From positions 97,588,001-97,652,000 of the forward strand of contig OZ024742.1 of the NCBI GenBank assembly GCA_964016885.1: a DNA stretch of 64,000 nt, in the 5' to 3' direction. A model generated the notes under the pieces. It did not search any database, was not told the origin of the DNA, and saw only the letters and a program-made list of their open reading frames with translations. The stretch's first letter is position 1; each line of letters starts with the position of its first letter. The position numbers and the translations under genes are program-made. Positions 26,791 through 41,498 of the stretch are shown here, in pieces. This DNA is from Eledone cirrhosa (lineage: Eukaryota).

Positions 26791-27099
26791 AGAATTGTTA
26801 TTGTTATTATTATTATTGTCATCATCATGACTGATGAAGGTGAAATGCACCCAAAATCTTTCCATTGTTTTTCTTTTACCTAATTCATGCATTAGGCTTT
26901 GGTCAACCTGAGGCTATGGTAAAAACCAAGAATCAACAGAATGGGATGAAACATCAGGCCATATTAGTTTTTTTATCATAAAAATGCATTAACAGTGAGT
27001 GTCTACAAAAATAAAATGCAATATGTGTAAAATACTGATAAGAAAAATTATGTAGTTCAAACCTCTTAATATTTAAATGCAATTATTTAGCAACCAATA

Positions 27100-27318
27100 G
27101 GGCAGTAGATTGGCAGTATCTGAAGAGTCGGACACCATGCTTTGCAGCATAGAGTTACGGTCCTTTACGGTCTGAGTTCAAATCCTGCCAAGGTTAACTT
27201 CGCCTTTCATCCTTACGGGGTCGATAAAATAAAGCACCAGTAATGTACTGGGGTCGATTTAATCGACTTTCCCTTCCCTCCAAATTACTTGCTTTGTGTC
27301 TATACTAGAAATCATTAT
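27100..27318 (+). mobile_element. Full-length tRNA-derived SINE
   Basis: ggcagtagattggcagtatc...gagttcaaatcctgccaaggttaacttcgcctttcatcc...; flanked by the direct repeat ttagcaaccaat. Confidence 0.8.
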
Positions 27319-27837
27319 TTAGCAACCAATTTCCTAAGCTTTATACATAGATACGTTACTAGTTAACAGAGATACACAAGTGCTTTAATTAACATACAGT
27401 AATGGTTCATTATAGTCATAGTTAAAATCTTGTTTCTTCAGTATCATAGATCAACAAAAAAAAAGCAGCATGTAAACACAAATAGGAATATTAACAGGTC
27501 AGAACTGCCCTTCCTTGTGAATTTGTAACATCGTTACAGTTTGTTGTTTACAACGGGAAATGCCATAGTAAAACACTGCTATAGCAAGTCAATATATCTT
27601 GATCTCATGATACAAAAAGAAACTATATTGATTTTACAGCCAATGATTTAAAAGCTCATTTTGGCACCTAAATTAAAAAACAACTCACCATTGTTTAAAT
27701 ATTAAATATGAAATATGAAAAGAGAAACAAAAAAAAAAACTATATATATGTAAATCTGAGCTTTTTGAATATTAATAATAATATTTGATTTGTTTGTAAT
27801 TATGCAATTATGTTATATATATATATATATATATATA

Positions 27838-28206
27838 TTTGTGTATAGTGGTAGCTATGGTGCTTCCATAGGCGGTATGCCAAAATTAGCACTCGATATT
27901 CATTAGAGTAGAGTGTAGATATTATAAAGAAAACGAAAAATCAGTGATGCATCTGGACTTAGTTTATTTCGTGTTACAAATGTTTCACCGGCATGTAGCT
28001 CGAGTCATGGGTGTTATGTCCGGAGTAAATTTTATCACTGATAAAATTTACTCCGGACATAACACCCGTATCTGAAAGAACCCGCAGAAGTAGAATCAGC
28101 CAGATCCATACAAGGACCATGACTCGAGCTACATGCCGGTGAAACATTTGTAACACGAAATAAACGAAGTCCAGATGCATCACTGATTTTTCGTTTTCTT
28201 TATAAT
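27838..28206. mobile_element. Palindromic hammerhead element, family C (tail 27838-27919, inverted repeat 27920-28206, centre about 28038)
   Basis: Arms match apart from about 50 bp missing from the left arm; TA arrays on both sides. Confidence 0.75.
28067..28157 (+). ncRNA. Variant hammerhead with extended stem II
   Basis: cgtat-CTGAAAGA-acccgca...tgccggt-GAAA-catttg-TA-acacg; the core has one extra A. Confidence 0.5.
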
Positions 28207-29580
28207 ATATATATATATATATATATTGAAACATACTGGTAAGATACAATAGATGAAATAGAAATAGAAGTAGACTCTGACTAGCAGAGACATTTCACAT
28301 CCTAAAAAGGGATTATATATTATTAGATACAAAATCTGAACTGTTTTCAAATGCTAACAATAAACTTTATACCAAAGGAAACAATTCAAACTACAGATGG
28401 ACTACATTCCAGGCTATATTAATATATTCATCAATCACCAAGGAAAAAAATACACTTTATATAAAAATTTCATAAAAATAATCTCGCAAAGCTTGCTACA
28501 AAATATCTTTAATAGAATCATAATAATGTTTACATTCACCAAACTTTTTTTTTTCATTATCATTTTTAAAAAAATGTTATTTTTCATTTTTATTATATAT
28601 ATATATATCTTAATATAATATTGAGTTTAGTATTTTTTGTTTGCTGCCACACTAAAGAGATAGTTTGAAAGCAGGAGGCGATCAAACAATACATAGAAAG
28701 TAAATGATAAGTAAAATGAATGTAAGTGAAAGAATGAGGTGTTTACCACATTACCCTGACTGGCAATAATGATGTAGACATTTTCCATTTTCAGAGCATA
28801 GCCATATTTTTTAAGGCTTCTATATATTACATCCTAAGGTAACTGCTGCCAAATGTTGTCATCATGTGCTCTCAAATTATGATTAATTATGAAATATAAT
28901 ATATTCCTTACAATTTATTATAATAAACCATTTCATATCACAATACATCATTATATTATTGATTATTGGTTGTCGATTAATCGGTATCAGCCAATAAGGC
29001 CAGGCCGATTGATCAGTAATTGGTCCATTTGCTTACAACTGCATTCATAGTAGAAACAGGAAGTACAGTACATTAAATTATTTTGTTATTTCTATTTTAG
29101 TTATATATTCTACTTCTGAATCATTTTAATGAAAATGACCAATCCTTCAATGTTTTGTAAATATTGTACTTGTTTTGTAAATATACTATCACCTTAGTTA
29201 ATTAAAGTTTTATAGCTATCATTAAACCATTCCATGGACCAGTAAAATAAATGTGATCAGTAACTAAGCTGTTACTTTTAATATCTCAAGTATCAATGTG
29301 TGTATATACAGTTGTGCAACATAATTTTCAACAGGAAGCAGGCTCTATCACATTTATGAATTATTTATTGAAGCATTTTTGCTGAGATCAAAGTGTAATA
29401 TTTCATTATAAAATACAAATCTGAAAATCATCATTAGGTAAGATATTTATCAATGGTATCACCCATCCTTTTCAATGGCATCATCTCTGTAACAAATAAA
29501 ACTGTCCTCATTTTAGACAACATGAGTACATTTGTGTGTGTGTGTATATATATACATATACTTATATATATATATATATA

Positions 29581-32500
29581 CATCATCATCATCATCATCA
29601 TAACCGTTTTACGTCCGTTCTTCCATGCTAGCATGGGTTAGACGGGTTGTCCTGTTGTGGGCAGTGTCTGGTCGGCTGACCTTGCCTTGCTCATACAGGA
29701 ACTGACTCTGGCTTGATTTCTACAGCTGGATTCCCTTCCTAACACCAACCTCATTTACAGTGAGTGCTGGGTGCTTTTTTCCATGGCGCCTACACGTCCA
29801 CTTTACAGTGTGGGCTGCGTGCTTTTTTGCCGTGGCACCTCCACGACCACTTTGCAGTGGGAGGGTGTGGGGGCATATTGTCTATATGCTTCAGCTTCGG
29901 TTTGTACACGTGGGAGGTCAGGTACTCTGTATTACTGCGTGACGCCAGAGGTCACGGTCGTGTGTCATCGCCTTTGTGAGGTGTAGTTGGGTAAGGTTGG
30001 CTTTTATCACCTCATCCCAGGTCCTCTTGGGTCTCCCCACTCCGCGATTTCCATTGACTTCTAGTTCTCTGCAACTTTTTATGCAGCTGTCATCCTTCAT
30101 ACGCATCACATGTCCATACCAACGCAACCGCCTCTCCTCCACACAGCATTTGATTCCTCTTATGCTCAGTCTCTCTCTCAATACATTTATGCTTTGCTGT
30201 TCGCGTATATTACTATTACACATCCATCGAAGCATGCAGGCTTCATTTCTTTCTAATCTACGCAAGACTTCTACACTCAGCACCCAGGTCTCGTGTATAC
30301 GAACAGCAATGTTACGTGGTAACATTGCTGTTTGTATACACGCATCATATAGTCTGCCTTTCATTTTGAGGGAAAAGCCTTTTGCAGCTAGCAGTGGCAG
30401 TAGCTCCCTGAACTTCTTCCACCCCGTTCTTACCCTAGTTATTGTACTTTTCGAACACCCACATCCGCTGCTAATTCGGTCACGTAGGTAGCAGAAGCTG
30501 TCTACTGTTTCTACAGAGTTTGGTGGTACTTGTTTCCTGTGGCTGTTTGCTGCTTGCTGTCCTAGCACAGCTGCTACATTCTTAGTTAACAACAGCCTAC
30601 ATTCTTAGTTAAGCTTCCTGAGATCCCGCTACATCTCTTGTGTACCCATTGTTTGCATTTGGGGCACAGAATGGAGTTCCTACATACTGAGCAAGGCCAT
30701 TTCCCTGAGGGGATCTGGGTTCTGTCTTCTCGTCTACTTACAAGGACCTTAGTTTTGTCAGGTTGACTTTGAAACCATTTCTTTCTAGTCCCTGCTTCCA
30801 AGTTTGGAATTTCTTCTCTAGTTCTACCATAGATTCAGCTATAAGTGCGAGGTCATCTGCATACAGAAGTTCCCATGGGCATCCGGTCTTAAACTCCTCC
30901 GTTATTGCCTGCAGGACTATGATGAACAGGAGAGGGCTAGGAACAGAGCCCTGGTGGACACCGACCTGTACGCTAAATTCGTCGCTATACTCATTGCTAA
31001 TCCTAACTTTGCTGACTGCTCCCCTATACATGGCTTGTACCGCTTTCACAAGCCATTCATCTACTCCTAATTTTCTAAGAGCCCACCAGATTATAGCACG
31101 GAGAACTCTGTCAAAGGCTTTCTCGAGATCGACAAATGCCAGGTAGAGTGGCTTACTTTTAGCTAGGTACTTTTCCTGTAACTGCCTCACAAGGAAGAGA
31201 GCATCAGTGGTGCCTCTTCCTGGTACAAACCCATATGGCATCTTATCTAGTTTCACCCGGTTCCTAATTAACTGTGCTATAACTCTTTCTGTTACTTTCA
31301 TGACCTGGTCCATCAGCTTTATACCTCTATAGTTTCCTCTATCTAGTGCATCACCTTTACCTTTGTAGCAATTGACAATGATGCTACTGCACCAATCCTT
31401 TGGTATGACACCTAGTATTACTTGGTTAACAATACGTGTGGTTATGGTGTGACCTACCGACCCAGATGCCTTCAGCTATACCCGATGGGCTGGTTGCCTT
31501 CCCCGTCTTCATATCTTCGATTGCCTTACTTACTATGCTGCTGCTAACTTGTACTGCTGGCCCCTCTATAGGGTCTACTTGGGGTAGGGTCTCTTCTTCC
31601 CATGCAATCTCCTAATTTAGTAATCTATCATAATGGCTCTTCCATGCATCTTTCTTCTCAGCACTTGTGAGGGCAAGCTCACCTTTATCATTCCGGATAC
31701 TTCTCTCCAATGACATCACAATACTCTCTGACACACTGCCTCACAATCATGAAAACCTCCTCTTTCTGGTACTCACATTGCAAAACATGCTTGAATTTTC
31801 TATCCTCTGCTTCCCTCCTAACTAATTATACTTGTCGCCTAGCTTCCCTCTTGGTCTCTATGTAATGTACCCTGCTTCCTCCGTTCTTCCATTCTTTCCA
31901 TGCCTGTCTCTTGGCCTTAACTGCCTCATCTACCTTATTGTTCCACCACCAAGTCACTCTCCTCCTGCCTGTGGTCTTATTCCAGCCACAGATCTCATCT
32001 GTCGCCTTTAGTAAGTTGTTTTATAGGAACTCCCAGTGTTCTTCTACATTGAATGTCTATATCTGTTCTTCTTTACTGTCATTGGCGTCGAGTAAAATAT
32101 CTTTAAATCTGTAACTGGCTGAGGGGTCTTTCAGCTTCCAGATCTTTCTTCTCCAGGTTGGCTTCTGTTTCCAGGTTCGTCTAGTTCTGACAGTGAGGTC
32201 GCTGACAACTATGCTATGTTGGGAGGTACATTCCTCACTAGGGAAGGCTTTTGTATTTACCACCGTTCATCTGTCACATCCTCTGATGAGGATAAAATCT
32301 ATCTGACTAGAATGCTCCCCTGATCTATAGGTGATCATGTGGTTGTCAGGTATTTTGAAGTTTGTGTTACATATCGACATGTCATTGGCGTCGCAGAATT
32401 CTAGAAGCCTGAATCCTTCTTCATTTCTTGTGCCAACCCCATGGCGTCCATGGACTCTATAGAAGCCGTAACAATATTTACCTACATGTCCGTTAAAATC

Positions 32501-33540
32501 TCCTGTAATGATTAGGAAGTCATTGTCATTTGTTAGGGCAGTAGTTTGCATTAGGGGCTCATAAAACCTATCCTTAAGTTTGTCTGGTAACCCCGATTGG
32601 GGTGCGTCAGCTGATATTATTGTGGCAATTGTTTTATTCAGGACTAGTCTGAGTTTAATGATTCTTGCTTTCACCCTGTTCACTGAGATTACCATATCTA
32701 CTCATTTGTCAGCTAATATTATACTTACACCACCCATCCCATTGTCATATCACACCCAGAAAAATATGTAGCACTGACTTTTGCCTACAAGGACTCTAGC
32801 GGCTTCCTCTCCATCTAGTCTCTTGCACACAGCATACATCGATTTCCTTTCACTCTAGCATCTCTACGATTTCTCCTGCTCTTCCTTTCATTGTGCTTAC
32901 ATTGATGGTTCCAACTCAGAGTTTTGGGCATTTGCCAACATTCGTGGGAAAGGGTAAATTTTTGTGAGGTGTGTGTATGTTTCCTGTCTCTGAATTAAAG
33001 CTTCGCATGGGTGCTTGGTAATTCTAGGATTTTATTCATTTATTAATTCAGGGTTGCTCCCTTTATCCTCAGCTTATCCATACATAATGGTAAAAGAATT
33101 CAGGGCTAGAATATCAGTATTAGTAATAATGGCAGGGTTTGTTGGGGCTGGTAAGGGCTAGAAGAAAAGTAGTAGTAATAGTAGTAATGGCAGAGTTTGT
33201 TGGGGTTGGTAATATGTGGCGGATATGTTGCTGAGGTTTGATTGGTCGATTAGGCTATGGTGGTGTGAGGGGGTGGGCTGGAGGGAAATTGTGAGATAGG
33301 TAGAGATCATGGCGGTTTATATCATCCCAGGAGATTCGGGTGAAATAATCCAATACAAGTATGTATATTAGACAAGGCGAATATGTTAGGATTTCGAAGA
33401 TGTTCATCTACTTTCGTTAACTTCGAAAAGAGAGAGAAAGGAAGGTAAGGGGATAGTTGACTTTCGTAGAGACAGTCATAATAGCCAACGTGGGAAAAAC
33501 AAGGGTAAAGAATATATATGCGTTGTGAAGGCCAACGAAA
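29581..33540 (-). mobile_element. Near-full-length degenerate RTE LINE (endonuclease, RT, PHD-like finger, 3' UTR)
   Basis: ORFs 32267-32695 (GDFNGHVG, SQIDFIL), 30738-31313 (YADD) and 29918-30592; the 5' boundary is uncertain. Confidence 0.88.
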
Positions 33541-33727
33541 TGATAAATAGCAACAATAATAATAATAATTGTTTCTACTTTAGGCACAAGGCCAGCAAAT
33601 ACCCAGTGCATTACTGGTACTTTATTTTATCGACTCCCGTAAGGATGAAAGGCGCGGAACATTTGCAATTGGGGAAGAGAGATGCCTGGAAATGTATGGA
33701 TGGCTGGAATATGGTTTAGGAGTTCTA

Positions 33728-33769
<42 letters not shown>

Positions 33770-33773
<4 letters not shown>

Positions 33774-34035
33774 TAAGTATTTCCGTGGAAAAGGTAAAGG
33801 AAAGAAGAGTGCTCTATGTATAGTACAGAGCTATTTAATTATATAATAAACAACACAATTCCTTTACCTAAGGTTTCACAAAGTTAACCGATTCTAACAG
33901 AAACGTCTGATATTGCTCATCAGAAGGAATCTGATTGCTTCTGATGAGTGATATCAGACATTTCTGTGACAATCGGCTAACTTCGTGAAACCTTGGGTAA
34001 TGGAATAATTATATTGTGTTGTTTATTACATTAAT
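33770..34035. mobile_element. Palindromic hammerhead element, family D (inverted repeat about 33835-34035, centre 33932)
   Basis: Diverged inverted arms with a tail on the left; TA-flanked. Confidence 0.75.
33858..33930 (-). ncRNA. Type I hammerhead (mirror copy 33934-34006 on plus strand)
   Basis: Reverse complement reads attcctt-CTGATGA-gcaa...ttgt-GAAA-ccttagg-TA-aaggaat, with a perfect 7-bp stem I. Confidence 0.75.
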
Positions 34036-34041
34036 ATATAT

Positions 34042-34455
34042 ATCATCATCATCATCATCATCATTTTATGTCCGCTTTTCCCTGCTTGCAAGGGTTGGAC
34101 GAGTCCTATTCAGCACCTCTCCACTTGTCACGGTCCTTCGTCATCTCCTCGGTGAGTTTTAGCAATCTGAGGTCTGCTCGCACCACCTCCGTGTCTACCT
34201 GTACTGCGTCTTCCCCCCACTGGGTCTTCCTGGCACTTCTTCACCCATCGGTCATCTTCCATGCACATCACATGTCCATACCATCTCAGCCTTCTCTCCT
34301 GCACACTACAACTTATCCCTCTTATACCCAGTTTCTTTCTCAACTCGTCTATGCTTGATCATTCATGCACATTGTCATTGCACATCCAACGGAGCATACT
34401 TGCTTCATTTCTCTCCAGCTGTCGCATATCTTCTGCAGTTGCTGCCCATGTCTCA
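34042..34455 (-). mobile_element. RTE 3' fragment
   Basis: ORF 34128-34343 RRLRWYGHV; (GAT)n tail. Confidence 0.8.
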
Positions 34456-35364
34456 TATATATATATATAGTATAAGTATATACAGTATGGTGGAGGCCAT
34501 AATTGGATCCCAAAACCAATGGACACACATAAATGTTAAGTGTATGAAACTTTATTTAAACTACATAAGTTCTCTTGCAATAGATTGAGCATGCTTTCCT
34601 TAAACAGTCATCTACAGATAACCTACATATACAAATGCATATATAATTTTTCTCACTATTTTAAATCCCCTTTCTAAGGTGGCATTGGTTGGATCATTTG
34701 TCATGGTTTGAGACTAGACAAGATGGATCAACTAGCTTTGTTCATTATGTTCCACATTTTGCAAGGTTTCAACAACCGGATGCCCTCTTTACTGGCAACC
34801 ACCTTACAGGTGCTGCATTCTTGATGATTGCAGTGCTAACATTTTAGGGAGCAGCTTGTGTGACTTTTATATTGGTACCAACTCTAAAGGTGTATTGGAT
34901 GCATTTTGTCATGGAACAACACTAGAGAAGTTGTCACATGCTAAGCCAAATTGAAATATCTTCTCAAATTCAACATTGCCTCTATTCGATTTTGATTGCC
35001 AAAGACTTTAAACTCCAGTCATTCACCAAGGTTATGTATAGTGCAGCAGTACTTGTTCTGGTTGATGGGCTTGTGTAGACAGAGAGGGGTGAGATACAGG
35101 GAGTGGAGGTGAGGAGATCAGAGGAAGAAAGACTAGAAAGGATAGTGTATGATGAATAGAGGAAAATAGACAGGAATGGAAGAGAGCGATATACATAATC
35201 AAGTATATATGTGGATAGATAGTTAACCAGAGAGACAAACATATTAATACTGTGCATATGAATTAATGTTATTCTATGTAAATGTAAGTGAGAGTGTATG
35301 GGTGCACTGTCATATAGATTTATATGTGTGTATTATATGTATGTATATATATATATATATATAT

Positions 35365-36076
35365 AAGAAAGTAAGTTTTTTTTAAATGTCCCACAGAGGT
35401 AAGAATATAAGGATACGAAATTGAAAATGCAACTGTAGTCTTTTAAGAATATTTATTATTTTACTGGTTTCACAGTTCTTATGATTTTCAAAAGTAAAAT
35501 TGAGATGGAGGGTTTTGTTTCTGTTGTGGTGTGTCTTGCATCTAGTTAGAGTTCGAAAATTCTTTGTTTTATATACAAAAAGTGGTTCAGATAGTTATTT
35601 GTTTAAAATGAAATTTGGTTTGTTGATGTCAGTCACATGATTAGGTACAATAATTTGGAGCCAGAAAAAGTGGTTCAAAATTGCTATTTCATTTGTTGGT
35701 GACAGTCACATGATTAAGCATAGTGATATATTGCACCAAAAATGTATGGTTAGAATCATGTCATTAGGCATAGTAATTTTTGCATAAAAAATGGTCAGAA
35801 AGTGAGAGAAGAGAAGAATTGGAGCGTTCTGGTTCAGTGAGTAAGGAATGTTAGATTTTAAGAGGTGTAAAATATCAGAATTCCTATTGTAACTACAATA
35901 GGAATTTTCAGAACTACAATACGAATTCTGAAATTTTACACCTCTTAAAATCTGACATTCCTCAGCCTTTGAGCTGAGGAATGTTAGCCATACTCATTGA
36001 ACCAGCATACTTCAGTTCTTCTCTTCTCTCACTCTCTGACCATCCATGTTTGGTGCAAAAATTACTATGCCTAATC
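35365..36076. mobile_element. Old PLE pLTR remnant with inverted repeat 35760-36076
   Basis: Diverged inverted arms and a decayed hammerhead-like motif at 35458-35500 on the minus strand. Confidence 0.5.
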
Positions 36077-36249
36077 AGGTGACTGTTGGAATGTGACAAC
36101 AGTAATAATGGTGTGACATCTTCATGGATGTACAAAACACCTCCACCATGAGAAATGATGCATCATGCCATGCACACATCACCAAAATGGTGGCAATGTG
36201 CAAGCAATTGGCAGGTTGGATTCTGAGAGATCTACATGCACTCTTCACT

Positions 36250-37050
36250 ATTAACAGAAATAGTAGAAACTTATAACTAAGAAAAAGACTGTTACATAAA
36301 TGTTTTAGGGAATATAATTTAACAATAACTATAGACACAAATAATAAATTAGTGAACTTTCTCAATATAAACTTAAAACCAAATTTCTGTCTATAGAAAT
36401 CATTCCATAAACACTTATTCTATGTCAATTATCAATCTAACCATCCAAGATCTATACTAATATCTATAGTTAATAATGTATCAAACCATATGTCTAAAAT
36501 GTCCTCTAACCAAGATAGTTTTAATCAAAGTGCTCAATATTATAATGAAGTACTAAATAGATAAGTTTATAATGAGAAAATAATGTATACAGAAAACCTT
36601 TACAAAATCTGCAAAACTTATATTATCTCACATAATATGACTATACAAGGACCAAATTTGAATAATAAAAATATCAATATGCATAAACTGAACACCCCTT
36701 CACATTGTTACTAAGCATAGGGATAAACACACACCCAGTGTATATGAAGGTAATAAAGTACACAGAAAATAGTGAGAGTACAAACATTAATGTCTGTGAG
36801 TACAATGAAAATAGTAGCTGTGAAAATAATACAATAAATAAAGTAAACAACCACAATAATAACCTAGAAATTTGATGCATCCAAATTAGACCAAACTTTG
36901 GCCATAAATCTTAGGTATTTATTAACACTAAAAACCAAAGCGTAATACTCTTAATGCGAACCTAAACCAGATTACCTACCACCAAAGATTTGTAAATTAA
37001 CTTGCAGGAAACCCACTACATGGTTCAACCCACTATTTAGTAAAAACATA
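36250..37050 (+). pseudogene. Degenerate PLE RT thumb and linker
   Basis: LVNFLNINL, YVNYQSNHPRSI, SKMSSNQDSF, WFNPLFSKN. Confidence 0.7.
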
Positions 37051-37057
37051 GCCCATG

Positions 37058-37458
37058 TGCAAAGTGCAATGCTGTATGGTGGTGAAACATGGGCAGTTTC
37101 TGCAGAGGATATTCATAGACTAGAGAGAAATGAAGCAAACATCATTCGATTGATGTGCAATGTTAATGTAAGAGAATAGTATAGGTTGAATAAACTGAGA
37201 GAAAAACTGCAATGTTATTGCCATGTGATGAGCATGGATGATGACCGCTGGGTGAAGAAATGCTAAGAAATTCCAGTAGAAGGAAGCTGTTGTATAGGAA
37301 GTGTGAGGAAGACCTGGGAAGAGGTGGTGAGAGTTGATCTCAAATCACTGAAACAAATAGAGGACATGTCAAAGGAACATGATGAGTAGAGACACGTACT
37401 GAAAATGAACTATCCAATACATGCAAGCATGGAAAAGTGAACTTAAAAATGACGATGA
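37058..37458 (+). mobile_element. Degenerate RTE 3' fragment
   Basis: AMLYGGETW...RLERNEA motifs and 3' tail. Confidence 0.7.
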
Positions 37459-37484
37459 TACATATGTATGTATACAGACAGACA

Positions 37485-37537
<53 letters not shown>

Positions 37538-38019
37538 GAAACTCAAACATGCATGACATGAAATATAAATAACCAAACCTACATATATATATACAAAAAT
37601 ACTTCCATACACACAGAAAGACACATAAAATAATTTAACATACGCAAGCAGCACCATCATAAGACATGCTTATATATCTATCTATCTCTCTCTATATATA
37701 TATGTATGTGTGTGAGTGCACATGTGTGTGTGTGTGTGTGCTTGTGTATGTGTGAATACTTGAATATGTATACATTCACTGGATTTTAAATGATTTCATC
37801 TACACACACACCCTTCCAACATTCTGCTGACATCAAAGAAAAGTTTTACAACTGCTGAAAACATAAATTTCTTGTCATCTATATTCAACCCTAGAATTTT
37901 TAGATATAATTTATATCTTTTATATATATCCTTTTTATTTTGACAATACATTTTTTAGCTGCCAGTTGTGATGATGTATGTATATATTTCCTTTCTTTCT
38001 ATTGAATAACAACTGCTGT

Positions 38020-38272
38020 TAGTGCTGCTACTGGGTCTACTACTGTTGTTGCTACTGTTACTTCCACTACTATTACTACCACCACCACCACTACTACTAC
38101 TACCTCCACCACCACTACTATTACTACCACCACCACCACCAACACCATCACTACTACTACCACCGCCACTGCTACCACCGCCACTACTACTACTACCTCC
38201 ACCACCATCACTACTACCACTACTATTACTACTACCACCACCATCACCACCACCAACACCATCCCTACTACT
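38020..38272. repeat. (CTA/CCA)n trinucleotide array
   Basis: Read directly from sequence. Confidence 0.9.
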
Positions 38273-38274
38273 AA

Positions 38275-38740
38275 TTGTTTCTACAATTGGTCCAAGGCCA
38301 GCAATTTAAAGGGAAGGGAAAAGTTGATTAAATTGATCCCACTGCGTTATTGGTGCTTTATTTTATCAACCTCATAAGAATGAAAGGTAAAGCTGACTTT
38401 GGAAGGGTTTGAACTCAGAACGTAAAAGTCCATAACTATATGCCCTATAGCATGTTGCCTAACACTCTACACATACTACCACCTTACTACTACTACTACT
38501 AATAATAATAATAATAAAAATAATGATTTCTGATTTAGGCACAAGGTCAACAATTTAGGGGAAGGGGAAAGTCGATTAAATTGACCCCAGTGCATTACTG
38601 CTACTTTATTTTATCGATCCCATAAGGATGAGAAGCAAAGTTAACCTTGGCAGGATTTGAACTCAGAATATAAAGGGACATAGCTCTATATTGTGAAGCA
38701 TGTTATCCCAGCTCTACTGATACTTCCAATTCACCACCCT
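38275..38740 (-). mobile_element. Two tandem tRNA-derived SINEs
   Basis: Both match the reverse complement of 27100-27318 (about 38275-38480 and 38525-38740). Confidence 0.75.
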
Positions 38741-38749
38741 TATAATAAT

Positions 38750-39120
38750 TTGTATATCAACCACAAGGACTAGAACTATAAAGAAAAACAGCATAAGGTG
38801 GATAATGCAATTTTCTATAACAAACTGAAAGTGTATCTGAAAATTAATGTAGTATGTCCACTTGATACTGAAATTTATAAAAGAGAAGGAAAAGGCAAAT
38901 TATTACACTAAGTTACATGAAATCCTCAAGTGCTTGAACAAAGAGGTTGACAAGGTCATGATCCTGCTAATTATCATAGAATAGGAAACTGAGGCAAAGA
39001 ATTTGAATGTAAACCTTGAAAGCTAGACCATTAATCTGGGAATAGAAGTGGTGCAAAAATGTTCTTTAATTGGATAAGGAAGAATTAACTAGAAAGTCCT
39101 TGACAGAGAATAAAGACAGA
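38750..39120 (+). mobile_element. Decayed RLE retrotransposon 3' end
   Basis: Similar to 3030-3365 (INVVCPLD...EKEK). Confidence 0.45.
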
Positions 39121-40585
39121 TAAGCACTGTATGGTAGGCCATCATCTGTTTCATTACCATATTTCTCATGACATACACTGCCTGTTGTGGCAGTTCGATA
39201 TCTAGAACATTACTGAAATATTTCTAAAATAAAATTAAGTCAAAATATTTTATATATAAAGATAGCATTTCTAAATGAGCAGATTTGTATTATAAATTCA
39301 ATGTGGTTTTAAGTTGTTTGGTATCAAAAGGATTAATAGGAGAAAGGATGGCAACGTTTCTCATTACAAACCATGGGTTATAGTCCGATATGAAGTTAAT
39401 TTATACTGGCCAAAACATCAATACTGTGTAATAGCAAAGGTGGTGATGACTTCACTTTTTACTTCTTTCAATGTAATTTAGAGGGTATAGTTTAACAAGA
39501 TGGGTCAACACAGCATCTTTTTTTTAGTTTTGCCTTGAGCTTGCACAACTATACTACAAAACATCAAAACTGCACTACACTTTATTGTATACCACATTAG
39601 ACACCAACCACAAAACACCACAAAAACACAACATTATGCTACACTATGGTATATATATCACCTTATGCCAGACCCTGCCATGAATGCTCCACATCACTAT
39701 AACACACCACAACCTCACTAAACTATATTATTTAACACTACACCACAGTACAACCAAATTTCACTACAGCAACATCACACAATGTTATATACACTTCAAC
39801 ATAACAGAAAAAATACATTATATCTTATAACACACTACACCACATCATAGCCATATTACAGCGCTACAACAATACAGCAGTACAACAAACTACATGATAT
39901 TATATTACAGACTGAGTTCAAATCCTGCCGAGGTCAACTTTGCCTTTCATCCTTCCGGGGTCAATAAAATAAAGTACCAGTAATGTACTGGGTAATTGCT
40001 GGCCATGTGCCAAATGTAGAAACAATTATATATTGCTCTACACCACTTAACAACCACATTATGTCACGCCACACCACAACATTACACCAAACAACATCTG
40101 GCCTATAACCCATTTGCTTCATGGCCACACATATACACATGAAGAAAGACTCAGGTAAAAAGAAAGGTATTGATGTCAACAATAACACAAAACATTGATA
40201 GAGTGGCCATTCAGTCACAGTAAAGTGTTAGGCGTGGCATTAGGCAAGGTCAAAATAAAAACTATAAACAAAATTTAAAAAAACAGCTGTAAAACTGTTA
40301 TTAACATCAACTATTAACTGATGTACAAAAACTGAAACAATATAGATGAGCAATGAATGAATGTCATGGGCTTTCAGTAATCACTGGTCAGTTAGACAGT
40401 GTCATCCTGGCCTTCAGGCTAGCATTGACACTTTAGCATTTAAACCGGCCATATCCGGCCAGAATTTTTTTCACCTCTTTCTGTTTAAACCAGCTGTAAC
40501 CAGCCACTCATACTGATGTTAAGGTATTGTTTTTAAAATAAATATTATCAAAATCTCATAAATTCAATATTATGTGAGATAATTC

Positions 40586-40926
40586 ATTTCATTTCATTTT
40601 CATTTTACGTCCGCTTTTCTCTGCTTGCAAGGGTGGGACGGGAACTGATTCTGGCTTGATTTCTACAGCTGGATGCCCTTCCTAACACCAACCTCATTTA
40701 CAGTGAGTGCTGGGTGCTTTTTTGCCATGGCACCTCCACGACCACTTTGTAGTGGAATGATATGGACCCCAGTCCCTATCATCTCATTTCTACAGCTGAG
40801 TAAACTGGACAATGTGAAATAAAGTGTCTTGCTCAAGGAAACAACACATCACCCGGTCTGAGAATTGAACTCACAACCTTTCGATTGCAAGGCCGATGCT
40901 CTAACCACTAAGCCATGTGCCTCCAT
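40586..40926 (-). mobile_element. tRNA-derived SINE with RTE-like 3' tail
   Basis: Near-identical reverse complement of 54034-54367. Confidence 0.85.
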
Positions 40927-41269
40927 AATTATGTGAGGTAAATCTTTTACCATGGAAATATAATAGTATATATAGAGTAATGTAAATGCTAAAGTGTTAA
41001 GACATAATCCCCTCCTGTCTGCATAGAGATATTGAAAAATGTAAACAACATAAGCTATGGTTTGTTACCTCGGAAGTGCACCTGAGTACTGCTCATAATA
41101 ATTATCATTATTATAAAAGCAATGGAGATGATTGCTGCAAACGATTTTTCAAATGCAAATAACTTGCTCAATAAGTAAATGAAGCTTTTTGATATCAATA
41201 ACATATATATATATATATATGCACACAATGACTTATACACCTATAAAGATATATGTGTGTGTGTGTATA

Positions 41270-41307
<38 letters not shown>

Positions 41308-41394
41308 TACACACACATATATATATACACACACATATATACACACATATATATACACACACATACACACATACATATACACACATATATACAC

Positions 41395-41425
<31 letters not shown>

Positions 41426-41456
41426 CACACAAACACATATATATATACACACACAT

Positions 41457-41498
<42 letters not shown>

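Noticed and set aside
26831-26868. ctgatga-aggtg(aaatg)cacc-caaaa hammerhead-like motif
   Set aside because: GAAA is mutated and there is no convincing stem I or III; at best a decayed relic.
29335-29440. Possible AG...GT-bounded exon
   Set aside because: Stops occur in all three frames and there is no supporting neighbouring exon.
37999-38309. Poly-Val and poly-Pro/Leu ORFs
   Set aside because: Trinucleotide repeat.
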